64,000 nucleotides of DNA from an uncultured bacterium (lineage in GTDB: Bacteria > Hydrothermota > Tepidihabitantia > Tepidihabitantales > Tepidihabitantaceae). The position numbers and the translations under genes were made by a program. Within the stretch, counting starts at the first letter, position 1. Each line of letters begins with the position of its first letter. Shown in pieces: positions 31,915 to 42,111 of the stretch. The stretch spans positions 4,093 through 68,092 of the forward strand of contig CAZPVT010000006.1 of the NCBI GenBank assembly GCA_964590395.1, given 5' to 3'. The notes below the pieces were generated by a model, which searched no databases, was not told the origin of the DNA, and worked only from the letters and a program-made list of their open reading frames with translations.

Positions 31915-32604
31915 TCAGGGACTGATCTTGAAATACACCCCGGCATTCAGCCACTCATCAGCCCGTCTTCTACCCAACACATCATACACCATACCGTCTG
32001 TTACGGTCCAACGCTCTCTGCTCAGCATCACCAATTTTCTCCTCTTCATTGAACCCCGCGCATCCAACTGAAACTCCTCCTGATTACCCTGCAAGGTTGT
32101 ATCATCTACCGTAACATCATCAAAGTAAACCATTGCCCCCGGCAGTGCCAAACAGGAAACAGAAAGGAAAACAGCCGAATCCGGAGTAGTAACCCAGTGG
32201 GAGTACTGGCGATAACTGTTAGAGTAATAAACCGGAATAAACAGTGGTGTGCCCACCGGATTGCCCAACATTGTCAGAAACTGCAATATAAATGAACCAC
32301 CTAAACCACCCGGCACCAGGGCAAAACCAGAAAACTTGTAATAAGCACCGGACCGCACCACGGTTAACGAGGTGGCAAACGCCATCGTATCTCCACCGAG
32401 CAGACACAGACAGTAATCACCGGAATTACTCTGGGTATCTTTTACTGCTGAACCTGGATAAAGGAACTCCGATGTCAGCCAGCCGAGGGGCATATTCACC
32501 CCCAACGTATCCAGCCATACTTCAAAAGAAGGATTCGGCAGAATATTGACCGCACCGGCAATCCCCAGCAATAAAAACAGTAAACCAGCGGACTTAATTT
32601 TCAT
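31915..32604 (-). CDS. hypothetical secreted protein, CBM-like beta-sandwich with T9SS-type C-terminal domain
   Basis: Signal peptide, NPSFEVW carbohydrate-binding-module-like N-terminus and a C-terminal VYDVLGRR...GVYFKI tail. Confidence 0.45.
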   Translation of the reverse strand: MKIKSAGLLFLLLGIAGAVNILPNPSFEVWLDTLGVNMPLGWLTSEFLYPGSAVKDTQSNSGDYCLCLLGGDTMAFATSLTVVRSGAYYKFSGFALVPGGLGGSFILQFLTMLGNPVGTPLFIPVYYSNSYRQYSHWVTTPDSAVFLSVSCLALPGAMVYFDDVTVDDTTLQGNQEEFQLDARGSMKRRKLVMLSRERWTVTDGMVYDVLGRRRADEWLNAGVYFKISP

Positions 32605-32634
32605 ATCGCCATTTTATTGATTATCTCCACCTAA

Positions 32635-35529
32635 TCAATTTCTCTCCGAACTGAACAGAACCTGCCTGTAGGCATTCAGCACAAACGGATCCGGCTCCCT
32701 ATCCTTTGCTAAAAGCAATATCGCCCTAACCTCCCGGTCCATCATCCTTCCCAGCGCCTCCACCGCACACAACCGCACAAAAGGCTCGTTATGCTCCAAG
32801 TACCGCTTAATCTCACGCCGGCACTTATCCTTAGTCACCTCGGTTGTTAAGGTATCAAGTTTAGCAACAATCTGTCCAAGCGCCCGGATACTGTGTCCGA
32901 GTGCGGGCACTGGCTGTTTTACCAGACTCCGCAACAGCGGGTCGATACTCGGTTCACCAATTGCCACCAGTGCTGCCTCAGCAGCACTGCGCACGGTAAA
33001 GAATCTATCATTCAAACTCGCAATCAAATCGTCAATTGCTACCGGGTTTTTTAACTTACCGCAGGCTTCGGCGGTAACAATTCTGGAAACTTCAAAAGTA
33101 TCTTTAAGCAGATAAAGTATCTTCGGCACCACCGTGGAATCACCGATACTGCCCAGCGCGTAAACCGCCCGGCGCGGAGTGATCCGCTTCTCTTTCAATG
33201 CCAACAGGATTGAATCCACCGCATCCAGTGCACTCTTTCCCATCTCGCCCAGCCAGTATGCCGAGTTATTCCGGGCAAGATACCTTGAATCCCGCAGACC
33301 CCTGTAAAGATAGGGCTTACAGGTATCAGGTAGCGCACAGCACAGTGCCTTGATCGCCTCTGATTCCAGGCCATCCTTGGTATCCAGTTTCTTTTCATAA
33401 AAATACTCTATCGCTTTCTTCCCCAGTCTTATCAACTCTTTTCTCGCCCTAAGAACCCTCTTCCGCGCATTGCCCACTGCCCAGATTGATGCGGTCTTAA
33501 AAATACTCTCCACCGGTACGGTGATTATCGAATCAATGCTTGCCTCTGAAGTATCAACATCCGGCTCCCAGTCAATCACTGTAGCAGGACGTGCCAGGTC
33601 CGCACCGGAACCGTAAGTCCCTTTTGTCCATCTGTTCTGGTCTTCTGCCACATTTCTCCCTGAATACCAGTCCTTGCCCGCAAGGTCTAAAAAAACACCC
33701 ATTCCTCCAAATCCCCGTGCCCAGTTTGACGACCCCTGACAGATTAACGACTCTGATGCCATATACCAGTCATTACCATCCTGGTCAATAAAAAGCCCAA
33801 CCGAATTGGTCAGTCCAATACCCTGTCCACCAGAAGCGTAATACCCATCATCACCCTTGCGGTCCACTAACACCCCGACCGAAAGGTCATGCCCTTCGCC
33901 CTGACTCGGACCGAGCCGGGAAAAATAGGAGTCATTACCCTCCTCATCAATCAAAGCGCCAACCGAAAGATGAATCCCCGCGCCCTGTGTATATTGAGCC
34001 GCGGTATAATGGTCAAACCCCTCCTCATCATAAAGCATTCCCAACGAATACCAGTAACTTGTCCCCTGTGCGAAAACCTCGGCATTATAGAAATCGTTTC
34101 CCTGAAAATCGGCAAGAAATCCGATACCCCCACCTGCATCCGGTCGCACCCCGATTGCAAAACCCTGAGCAAATGAGCGATACTCTCTGGGCAACAATGG
34201 CTCATGCTTGTATTTACCACCTGCATAATAAAGGTCATTTCCCCGGCCCTCTGCCAGTAAACCATATCCCCAGGTTCCGGCAAACCCCTGACAGTAACAA
34301 CTGGAGCGATAAACATCATTACCATTCTTATCAATCAGCAGACCTGTGCCGTAATGCCCCGCACCTTGAACAAAAAACCCCGCATCGTAAACATCATTAC
34401 CATCACCATCCCTTAGCACACCGGTACCAAATATTGCGCTACCCTGAGCATAATGCTTACTGCGATACACATCATCACCCTGCAGGTCAAAAACCACCCC
34501 GCACCCGAAAACTGCGGAACCCTGGGCAAAAATCTTACTACTCTGATACAGGTCATTACCTTTTAAATCCAGCACCACACAGAAAGGCTTGTCAAGAACT
34601 CCTACCGCACCACCCGCACGATTGTAATATATGTCATTTCCACCAAGGTCGATTATCACCGCCGCCTCGCACTCATAAACATTATCACCACTGCCCCCGA
34701 CAATCACCCTACCCCATTCGCTCTCCTGATAATAAACCACATCGCCCTTTACCCCATCCACCTGCTGCTTGACAGCAATATCAATTAGTCCATCTCTTAA
34801 AATCATAGCTGCCTTATCAACTGCCATCACCACCACCAACCCGCAAAGTGCCAGTGCTTTACGGTCAATCTTCCGGGCATAAGCAAGCAAAGTCTCAGCC
34901 TTAACCTGCTGTGCGGTGTCATAATCTCGGCCAAACTCCCGATGCAACATCCCGCTGAATCCCCTTTCCAACGTATCATCCTCATCCTTCCAGAATGATG
35001 GCACTTCGCCGAGCAAAATATCCAGCTCCCGCTTCGGAATCTGGGTGATTGCCATTTTCAGATACCGATTACCAACCGCAAAACCGGCAAAAATCAGATT
35101 CAATGCCTTTACTAACTCCGGTGTCAGACCATCCTTTATACCGGGACTAACCCGCACCACCGCTTGAATCTCATTCCACAACCTAACAGAATCCGATTTA
35201 CCCACCGGCACATCAACCTGCTGATAAAGCGAAAACAATAACCCGGCAGGCAAATCAAGTCGCTTTTTGACCTTTACTGCTTCATCCTCAACATACGGCA
35301 GCACCCCCAGAGGACGAGCAAGCAAACTTTCCACCACCTTCAGCCGGAAAAAACTGTCAATCGCCCATAACTTATAAAACCCTAACTCCTCCTCATTCAT
35401 CCCCTGAATCTTCAACGCCTCATCCAGCGTTGCTCTTGTGAGTGAATCAAGCCCGTAAATTGCTGTTGTGGTTTTACCAGCCACAAAACTCCCCAAAAGA
35501 ACAACCAGCACAAAAAGATTTTTCATCAC
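32635..35529 (-). CDS. large exported protein with >=11 tandem ~26-aa D-x-x-G-(N/D)-D-x-Y...Q-G repeats (predicted beta-solenoid) and C-terminal HEAT/PBS-lyase-like repeats
   Basis: Signal peptide. Repeats such as LDLKGNDLYQSSKIFAQGSAVFGCGVV, FDLQGDDVYRSKHYAQGSAIFGTGVL and IDKNGNDVYRSSCYCQGFAGTWGYGLL. C-terminal alpha-solenoid (HEAT-like). Confidence 0.55.
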   Translation of the reverse strand: MMKNLFVLVVLLGSFVAGKTTTAIYGLDSLTRATLDEALKIQGMNEEELGFYKLWAIDSFFRLKVVESLLARPLGVLPYVEDEAVKVKKRLDLPAGLLFSLYQQVDVPVGKSDSVRLWNEIQAVVRVSPGIKDGLTPELVKALNLIFAGFAVGNRYLKMAITQIPKRELDILLGEVPSFWKDEDDTLERGFSGMLHREFGRDYDTAQQVKAETLLAYARKIDRKALALCGLVVVMAVDKAAMILRDGLIDIAVKQQVDGVKGDVVYYQESEWGRVIVGGSGDNVYECEAAVIIDLGGNDIYYNRAGGAVGVLDKPFCVVLDLKGNDLYQSSKIFAQGSAVFGCGVVFDLQGDDVYRSKHYAQGSAIFGTGVLRDGDGNDVYDAGFFVQGAGHYGTGLLIDKNGNDVYRSSCYCQGFAGTWGYGLLAEGRGNDLYYAGGKYKHEPLLPREYRSFAQGFAIGVRPDAGGGIGFLADFQGNDFYNAEVFAQGTSYWYSLGMLYDEEGFDHYTAAQYTQGAGIHLSVGALIDEEGNDSYFSRLGPSQGEGHDLSVGVLVDRKGDDGYYASGGQGIGLTNSVGLFIDQDGNDWYMASESLICQGSSNWARGFGGMGVFLDLAGKDWYSGRNVAEDQNRWTKGTYGSGADLARPATVIDWEPDVDTSEASIDSIITVPVESIFKTASIWAVGNARKRVLRARKELIRLGKKAIEYFYEKKLDTKDGLESEAIKALCCALPDTCKPYLYRGLRDSRYLARNNSAYWLGEMGKSALDAVDSILLALKEKRITPRRAVYALGSIGDSTVVPKILYLLKDTFEVSRIVTAEACGKLKNPVAIDDLIASLNDRFFTVRSAAEAALVAIGEPSIDPLLRSLVKQPVPALGHSIRALGQIVAKLDTLTTEVTKDKCRREIKRYLEHNEPFVRLCAVEALGRMMDREVRAILLLAKDREPDPFVLNAYRQVLFSSERN

Positions 35530-35535
35530 CCCTCC

Positions 35536-37137
35536 TTATCTATTAATAAGCACCTTTAATCTACTGCCTCTACCCTGCACCAGATAAACACCTGCGGGCA
35601 ACAGATTGCCGTGGCTATCACTGCCATCCCAGATCACCTGTTTCTGCGCCAGTGCCTCCCATACCCTCCTACCATCGCTGGAATAAATCTCAATCAGTTC
35701 TGGCTTATCAGCACTCAAAACGATCTCAGCCTTATTCCGGAACGGATTGGGCTTAAAACCTATCACTACCCGTTTTGCCGGTTCTGGCATATCCTCAATC
35801 CCAACCTGACTGGAGTCAAAAGTGATGTCGCAGATAATTGTGTCGCCCACCTCCCGGATATTCCGCACACTCACCCAGGTCGGCTGATTGTTCCTTGCCT
35901 TGCTTGACGGGTTTGACCAGTTGTCAAAACTTGTCCGGTTCCAGATTCCAGGTAAAGGATCAGAGGTATCACCCAGCGCCTCATGATAGATATGCGGGTC
36001 AGGTCTTACACCGCTACCACGGTCCAGGTGATAGGTTGAATCCTCCTCCAGGTCAACCCGATTGTGATCGGCGCTATAATACGGATCAATATGCCAGATT
36101 AACAGTCCAGAACCGGGCAACGGTGCATCAAAACCCTTTTTCTGCCGGTTTTCCAAAAGAAAACAGGTATCAGAATCTCTACCCTGTCGCCACACCTTGT
36201 AAACAACCGGATGGGTCTCAACATCTAAAATCCGCAAACCAAATGTATCCCGGGTTATCACCACCGGCTGGACAAAACCTGCCTCAACCTTGCTCCACGC
36301 CTCCATATGTGATGGGCTCCAGGGTGTATTACCACCTGCGCCCCATGCACCATAACCCATCAAACCCCAGTAACCGATACCCCAACTGTTTCGGCTGTAA
36401 TCATAAAGGTCAGGCAATCCTACTAAATGTCCGAGTTCATGGCACATCACCGCAATACAGCAAAGTGTGGTATCTCTGCTCTCGGTAACCATTGCAAACT
36501 CCGGCACATTGGTAACACCATCAATTATCACCCCATCATTTGTCCGGTAATTAAAATACGGTATCGCGTGCGACCACAGGCAATTAACATCGCCGTTATC
36601 CGCACCATCCGCACCTGCATGCACCATAAACATCGCCTCAATATGCCCATCACCGTTAACATCAAAATCCTGGAAATCAATAAACGAATCAACCTGCTGT
36701 AAATTCTCCCTTGCCAGTTGTCTGCCAGTTGATAGCATATAATTCCCATCGTAATAACGGGAATAGTTGTATCTCGACATAAACCAGCGGTTACCCGCAA
36801 CTCCACCCCGCACCGAGTACCGACCATACGAGTTTTCTAAAAAGAAATCATTCAAACTCCCTGCCCGATAAGGCTGACCATTATAAACCCCGACCGAATA
36901 AAGCATAGAATCAAACCTTGCCGGTGAATGTCTGATTGTATCTGCCCGGTTATCCGAAAACTGCATCAGAATCGTAACCGTCTCGCAAAAATCATAGTCC
37001 TTCAGTTTATTCGGACCCGGAACCTCAACACCCGCAGGAAAAACCGGTGCTGGTCCCCAAAAACCGGGCTTGGGTGGCATTGCTAATGAAATACTGAAAA
37101 CCAGTAAAAACACTGCTGTTAGCCTCATATTTCTCAT
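35536..37137 (-). CDS. M6 (immune inhibitor A-like) zinc metallopeptidase with T9SS C-terminal sorting domain
   Basis: HELGHLVGLPDLYD zinc-binding motif in an InhA-like context. Signal peptide. C-terminal CTD (EIYSSDGRRVWEA...GVYLVQGRG). Confidence 0.75.
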   Translation of the reverse strand: MRNMRLTAVFLLVFSISLAMPPKPGFWGPAPVFPAGVEVPGPNKLKDYDFCETVTILMQFSDNRADTIRHSPARFDSMLYSVGVYNGQPYRAGSLNDFFLENSYGRYSVRGGVAGNRWFMSRYNYSRYYDGNYMLSTGRQLARENLQQVDSFIDFQDFDVNGDGHIEAMFMVHAGADGADNGDVNCLWSHAIPYFNYRTNDGVIIDGVTNVPEFAMVTESRDTTLCCIAVMCHELGHLVGLPDLYDYSRNSWGIGYWGLMGYGAWGAGGNTPWSPSHMEAWSKVEAGFVQPVVITRDTFGLRILDVETHPVVYKVWRQGRDSDTCFLLENRQKKGFDAPLPGSGLLIWHIDPYYSADHNRVDLEEDSTYHLDRGSGVRPDPHIYHEALGDTSDPLPGIWNRTSFDNWSNPSSKARNNQPTWVSVRNIREVGDTIICDITFDSSQVGIEDMPEPAKRVVIGFKPNPFRNKAEIVLSADKPELIEIYSSDGRRVWEALAQKQVIWDGSDSHGNLLPAGVYLVQGRGSRLKVLINR

Positions 37138-37404
37138 TCCTTAAGTGTTTTACTATACCATGACAAACACAGAAATCAACAATCCAATATAAAAACGCGC
37201 TCACTGCTATAGGATGATCTGGACGCCGTACTGGCAATTACTGCTGTATCCGGTAGACGTAGAAACTGGCAACCATCCTGCCACTCCAGACTATCCTTAT
37301 CATACCTCTCTGTTGACAAATCGCAAAATAATTTATAACATTCTAAAATGCGTGATATAATCCAGCACATAGCAAGCAAAGGAACAAAATATCGGCAGTA
37401 ACTA

Positions 37405-37902
37405 ATGACTAAGATGAAACTGATTGTCCCACTTATAATCGGTATAATAATAACTATCTGCACAGCCCAACAATTGTGGGTAGCAAGATACAACGGACCA
37501 GGAAATGGTTACGACGAAGCAACCGCGATTGCGGTCGATAATAGTGGCAATGTTTATGTCACAGGCTGGAGTATTGGTTCAGGCACTTATGAGGATTATG
37601 CAACGGTAAAGTGTGGTAGTGGTTCTATCCTTGAAGAAAACAGGACGACGGCACAGTTAAAACAGGAATGGCTAATCCCGACTCTGATAAAGGATGAGTT
37701 GTTAATACGCTTTAATCAATCAGTAGAAAAATCTCTCTCGTTATTTATTTATAACGCACTGGGCGAAAAGTTGCGTTCCTCCCCGATTGAAAAGGGAACA
37801 GAAACAATGTGCTTATCCTTGAGCGGTTTAAGAACGGGTACCTACTTCATAAAATCTAATAACAGGACCATCAAACCTGTAAAAGTGACCTTAACAAGAT
37901 AA
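37405..37902 (+). CDS. short SBBP-repeat protein with T9SS-type C-terminal domain (possible truncated paralog of the 61517.. gene)
   Basis: One beta-propeller SBBP-like repeat ([32 protein letters not shown]), then directly a CTD-like tail. Confidence 0.5.
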   Translation: MTKMKLIVPLIIGIIITICTAQQLWVARYNGPGNGYDEATAIAVDNSGNVYVTGWSIGSGTYEDYATVKCGSGSILEENRTTAQLKQEWLIPTLIKDELLIRFNQSVEKSLSLFIYNALGEKLRSSPIEKGTETMCLSLSGLRTGTYFIKSNNRTIKPVKVTLTR

Positions 37903-38090
37903 AACCTCGTATTATACCAGCCTTCGTCTCCTCTATCATTTTACCCGCTACCATAAGTCAAATTTTTGTTTAGATTTTTAATGAAACACTGTGGCAGTTT
38001 GACAATACCGAAAACTTGGCTATTGTTATATAGCAGGATATGATGATCAATAAGAGGCTACTAATAGTAGACCGCGGGTAAGGTGAGCAG

Positions 38091-39218
38091 ATGAGTATCA
38101 CCCTCACCACCGTCAAAGACAAAAACGACTGGCAGGATTTTGGGAAACTGCCCTGGCAAATCTATCGGGGCAATCCGAACTGGGTACCGCCGTTATTGTC
38201 CGAAGTAAAGGAAACCCTTGACACCACCCAAAACCCGTTCTGGGAACACGCCCGGCGCGAACTATTTTTAGCCCGAAAGGATGGCAAACCTGCGGGCAGA
38301 ATTGCGGCAATTGTTGACGATAACCACAACCGCTTTCACCAGGAAGAGACCGGCTTTTTCGGATTCTTTGAATGCATTGAAGATTTTGATGTGGCAAAAA
38401 TGCTCTGGGATGAAGCGAAAAACTGGCTCAAGGCACAGGGTATGAAAAAGATGCGTGGTCCGGTCAACCCCAGTATGAATGACGAATGCGCCTTTTTGCT
38501 GGAAGGCTTTGATAAACCGCCAACGATAATGATGCCCTATACCCAGCGCTACTACCTTGACCTTGCCGAAAGATACGGATTTAAAAAGGCAAAGGACCTC
38601 TACGCCCTCTTGAAAAAGGCAGAAGACGGTATACCGGAGCGGATCGAACGGATGGTTACCGCGATTAAGAAAAAGACCCGTGTTACCATTCGCCCCTTTA
38701 ATATGAAAAATTTTGAGCAGGATATTAAACATCTCAAAGAGATTTACAACTCCGCCTGGGAAAAGAACTGGGGCTTTGTGCCGATGACCGACAAGGAAAT
38801 GGACTTAACCGCTAAAAAACTGAAACAACTAGCAGACCCGGACCTGGTCCTCTTTGCCGAGATAGATGGTAAACCGGCTGGCGTAACCGTTACTATACCG
38901 GATTACAATCAGGTCCTGAAACAACTTAACGGCAGACTCGGTCCGGTTGAGATTCTGAAGTTCCTTTATTACCGAAGAAAAATCACCGGTGTCCGCTCCC
39001 TGATTGGCGGAGTCAAAAAGGAGTTCCGCAACACCGGCATAATCGCGGTTTTGTATTACCAGACCGAGAAAAACGCTGCGGGCAAAGGTTATCAGTGGTC
39101 TGAACTGGGCTGGAACCTTGAAGACAATGATTTAATCAACCAGTTTGACATTGCCATCGGCGGCAAAATCTATAAGAAATATAGAATTTACGAAATGCCA
39201 ATCAATGACAACTCATAA
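38091..39218 (+). CDS. conserved hypothetical protein, GNAT-fold acyltransferase-like (PNWVPPL family)
   Basis: N-terminal PNWVPPL motif that I recall from a family of ~375-aa GNAT-like proteins, but I could not verify this. Confidence 0.35.
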   Translation: MSITLTTVKDKNDWQDFGKLPWQIYRGNPNWVPPLLSEVKETLDTTQNPFWEHARRELFLARKDGKPAGRIAAIVDDNHNRFHQEETGFFGFFECIEDFDVAKMLWDEAKNWLKAQGMKKMRGPVNPSMNDECAFLLEGFDKPPTIMMPYTQRYYLDLAERYGFKKAKDLYALLKKAEDGIPERIERMVTAIKKKTRVTIRPFNMKNFEQDIKHLKEIYNSAWEKNWGFVPMTDKEMDLTAKKLKQLADPDLVLFAEIDGKPAGVTVTIPDYNQVLKQLNGRLGPVEILKFLYYRRKITGVRSLIGGVKKEFRNTGIIAVLYYQTEKNAAGKGYQWSELGWNLEDNDLINQFDIAIGGKIYKKYRIYEMPINDNS

Positions 39219-39267
39219 CGGCCTCCTTACTTGACTTAACCTATTTTTATAATATAAATTTTACCTG

Positions 39268-41883
39268 ATGTTATTATCGCTTGTTCTTATCTTAACTACC
39301 GCAAAACCGCAACTCTCTGACTTCCTCTCCCGCCAGGATTACTCTACCGCCGCTCAATACTATTATCAGCAGATTCAGCGCCAGCCGAAAAACCTTTCCG
39401 CTATTAAAAACCTTGCCCGGGTTTACGACCACTGGCGCAGGTTTGACTCCAGTTTATACTGGTGGGAAAAAGCCTTTCAACTTCAGCCCGATGATGACTC
39501 GGTTATAGTTGGCAGATGGCGGGCGCTATACAACTTTCACAAAAAGGACAGTGCACAACTTGATTCAATTAAGAAATTACTCGAAACCGAACTCCTCCGC
39601 ATCTTCGTCTATCCTGATACCAGTTATCGCAGTATTAGCCTTGCCTATCAGGGATTTGTCCTGATTGAAGACACAGTGCGTACCCGCCGCGCTGCCAATC
39701 TCCTTACCCACCTCTATCCGGACTCTGCTATCTCCTACGAGATAATCGGCAGCGCATTTTATGACTCCCTCTATCCGGTCTGGAATAACGACACCGCCAA
39801 ATTACTGGTCATCTCCAACTTCCTTGCCCGCTATCCAAAAACCGAATGGCGCCAGACATTTTATATTTATCTATTAAGCTCCCTCTTTAATCTCAAGGAC
39901 ACCCTGAGTCTTGTCTCAATGACCCACCGGATGCTCAAAGAGGATTCGCTTGACCCATTCCGCTACCGGTATGCCTCTGCCATCTTTAACCGGCTGAAGT
40001 TCCATCCCGAACTTGCCGAACTTTATGCCCGAAAGGCAATTGAACTGGAACCAAAGGCAAAAAAACCGAAAAATAAACCCCAGGAACAGTGGCAACTTGA
40101 ATACCCACCCCTATATGGTCTTGCCCGGGTTGCCCTTACCGAAGCGCTTTTGCTTCAGAACCGGCCAGCAGAGGCGCTTCCCTATCTTTATCAGGCAATT
40201 CAGAACTTCTCCTGGGACCCGGATAATGAGATGACCCCTGCCCCCTACTACTGCCTCCTTGGTGAAGCCTACGAAAAACTGGGCAAGACCGACAGCGCAA
40301 AAATCGCCTATCTTAAAACCCTGGTCTTTGGTGACTCCCGCAACTACTATACCAGCCGTGCGGACACCAATCTCCAGCGTCTCGGCGTAAGACAAAACGA
40401 ACAGTTAACCCTTGCCCGCGAGATTTTAAATTATACCGGTCCGGTCTTCACCGATGTCACCGAAGCATACGGCCTGGAAAACCGGCGCGAGTCACGGGTT
40501 GCCTGGGGCGATTATAATAATGACGGTTATGAGGATCTCCTCTTAAATGGCTGCCGTCTTTTCCGCAACGACTCGGGCAGGTATTTTACCGATGTAACCG
40601 ATTCCGCCGGCTTAACCGGCATTACCGGCAGGGGTGGTATCTTTGCGGACTTTAACAACGACTACTGGCTTGACCTTTATGTCTGCGGTGCGGATACTCA
40701 AGACTACCTGCTTCTGAACCGATTCGGCAGACTCTTTGACCTCACCGAATCGCTCGGCTCTCCATCTGATCCTTATCCTACCGAAGGCTGTGCGGTTGCC
40801 GACTACGATCAGGATGGCTGGCTTGACATCTACTGCGCCAACTACGAAAACTGGGAAAAACGGATCTATTATCCGGACCATCTTTATAAAAACGAACTGG
40901 GCAGATTCAAAAATATAACCAAAACCACCGGCATAATCCCGCCCTATAACGAAGACCTTGCGGGCAGAGGGGTCAACTGGTGCGATTACGACGACGACAC
41001 CTATCTGGACTGCTATGTCTCCAACTACCGCCTGTGTCAAAACCTGCTCTGGCACAACAACCGCGACGGCACATTTACCAACCTTGCTCCGAAACTGGGC
41101 ATTGCCGGCGATGAAGTAAAAGGCTACTTTGGCCATACGATCGGCTCGGTCTGGCAGGACTTTGACAACGACGGCGACTGGGACCTATTCTGTGCCAACC
41201 TTGCCCATCCCCGCTACATCGAATTCTCCAACCGTTCAACTCTTTACGAAAACCGCGGACCAAAGGCAAACCCGCAATTTATTGACCGGCGCGCCCAACT
41301 CGGCATCCGCTACGAAGAGACCCACTCAGACCCGGCATTTGCCGATGTGGACAACGACGGCGATTTAGACCTTTACCTGACATCTATCTACGAAAACAGG
41401 CGCTCATTTTTATACCTCAACCAGTTAAACCCGGATCCCGCACCTGCAATTGACTTTGGCAACTACCGGTTCCAGGAGGTAACCTATCTTGCCGGGGTCC
41501 GTGCCTTTAACGGCTGGGGCTGTGCCTTCTCGGACTTTGACAACGACGGTGATCTGGACCTGGTGGTTGGCTCGGGCTCGGGCCTGCGCCTCTTTCGCAA
41601 CGACACCAAAAACGAAAACAACTGGCTCAAGGTCAAGGTTATCGGCACCAAACACAACACAAGCGGTATCGGTGCGAAGGTTACGGTCATTCAGGGCAAA
41701 AAAAGGTATATCCGGCAGGTGGAAGGTGGCAAAGGCACAACCAGCCAGAACTCACTCGTTCAGCACTTCGGCCTGGGCAAATCAAAAGCGCCAATAACCG
41801 TGGAGGTCCGTTTTGGCAAGGATTCTCAGGTAACCCTGAAAAATGTCCAGCCCAACCAGATGCTGATTGTAACCGAGCCCTAA
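39268..41883 (+). CDS. TPR-repeat + FG-GAP/VCBS-like repeats + C-terminal ASPIC/UnbV domain protein (CRTAC1 family-like)
   Basis: N-terminal TPR-like helices. Repeated ...DxDxDGxxD... FG-GAP-like motifs (YNNDGYEDLLL, FDNDGDLDLVVG). C-terminal UnbV_ASPIC-like domain. Confidence 0.7.
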   Translation: MLLSLVLILTTAKPQLSDFLSRQDYSTAAQYYYQQIQRQPKNLSAIKNLARVYDHWRRFDSSLYWWEKAFQLQPDDDSVIVGRWRALYNFHKKDSAQLDSIKKLLETELLRIFVYPDTSYRSISLAYQGFVLIEDTVRTRRAANLLTHLYPDSAISYEIIGSAFYDSLYPVWNNDTAKLLVISNFLARYPKTEWRQTFYIYLLSSLFNLKDTLSLVSMTHRMLKEDSLDPFRYRYASAIFNRLKFHPELAELYARKAIELEPKAKKPKNKPQEQWQLEYPPLYGLARVALTEALLLQNRPAEALPYLYQAIQNFSWDPDNEMTPAPYYCLLGEAYEKLGKTDSAKIAYLKTLVFGDSRNYYTSRADTNLQRLGVRQNEQLTLAREILNYTGPVFTDVTEAYGLENRRESRVAWGDYNNDGYEDLLLNGCRLFRNDSGRYFTDVTDSAGLTGITGRGGIFADFNNDYWLDLYVCGADTQDYLLLNRFGRLFDLTESLGSPSDPYPTEGCAVADYDQDGWLDIYCANYENWEKRIYYPDHLYKNELGRFKNITKTTGIIPPYNEDLAGRGVNWCDYDDDTYLDCYVSNYRLCQNLLWHNNRDGTFTNLAPKLGIAGDEVKGYFGHTIGSVWQDFDNDGDWDLFCANLAHPRYIEFSNRSTLYENRGPKANPQFIDRRAQLGIRYEETHSDPAFADVDNDGDLDLYLTSIYENRRSFLYLNQLNPDPAPAIDFGNYRFQEVTYLAGVRAFNGWGCAFSDFDNDGDLDLVVGSGSGLRLFRNDTKNENNWLKVKVIGTKHNTSGIGAKVTVIQGKKRYIRQVEGGKGTTSQNSLVQHFGLGKSKAPITVEVRFGKDSQVTLKNVQPNQMLIVTEP

Positions 41884-41971
41884 AAAACTTGATTGGTTTT
41901 ATTAAGACAATAAAATTGTCTGTTAATTTGCCATCTATTTACACCCTGATGCTAAAATACATTATTATTAA

Positions 41972-42109
41972 TTATCCATCCTCTTCCTGTGTATGTTCGT
42001 TCGGTTTAGGTTCTGTTTTTTCTGGTTGACCTGAAGGATTAGTAACAGGTGGATCGGGAGGCACAAAGCCTTTCTCTTTCTTTTGCACTTTTTTATCCAT
42101 AGACTTCAT
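41972..42109 (-). CDS. small ORF (45 aa, Lys/Pro/Glu-rich), translationally coupled to the upstream membrane-protein gene
   Basis: ATG 2 nt after the stop of the 42112..42585 gene. Low-complexity MKSMDKKVQKKEKGFVPPDPPVTNPSGQPEKTEPKPNEHTQEEDG. It is below the ORF-track length cutoff and was found by eye. Confidence 0.25.
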   Translation of the reverse strand: MKSMDKKVQKKEKGFVPPDPPVTNPSGQPEKTEPKPNEHTQEEDG

Positions 42110-42111
42110 AT

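Noticed and set aside
33987-34772. 261-aa plus-strand ORF rich in His/Pro (33987..34772)
   Set aside because: It lies antisense within the repeat region of the 964-aa gene. Its His/Pro/Arg-rich, low-complexity composition is what is expected from translating the GNDxY-repeat DNA on the opposite strand.
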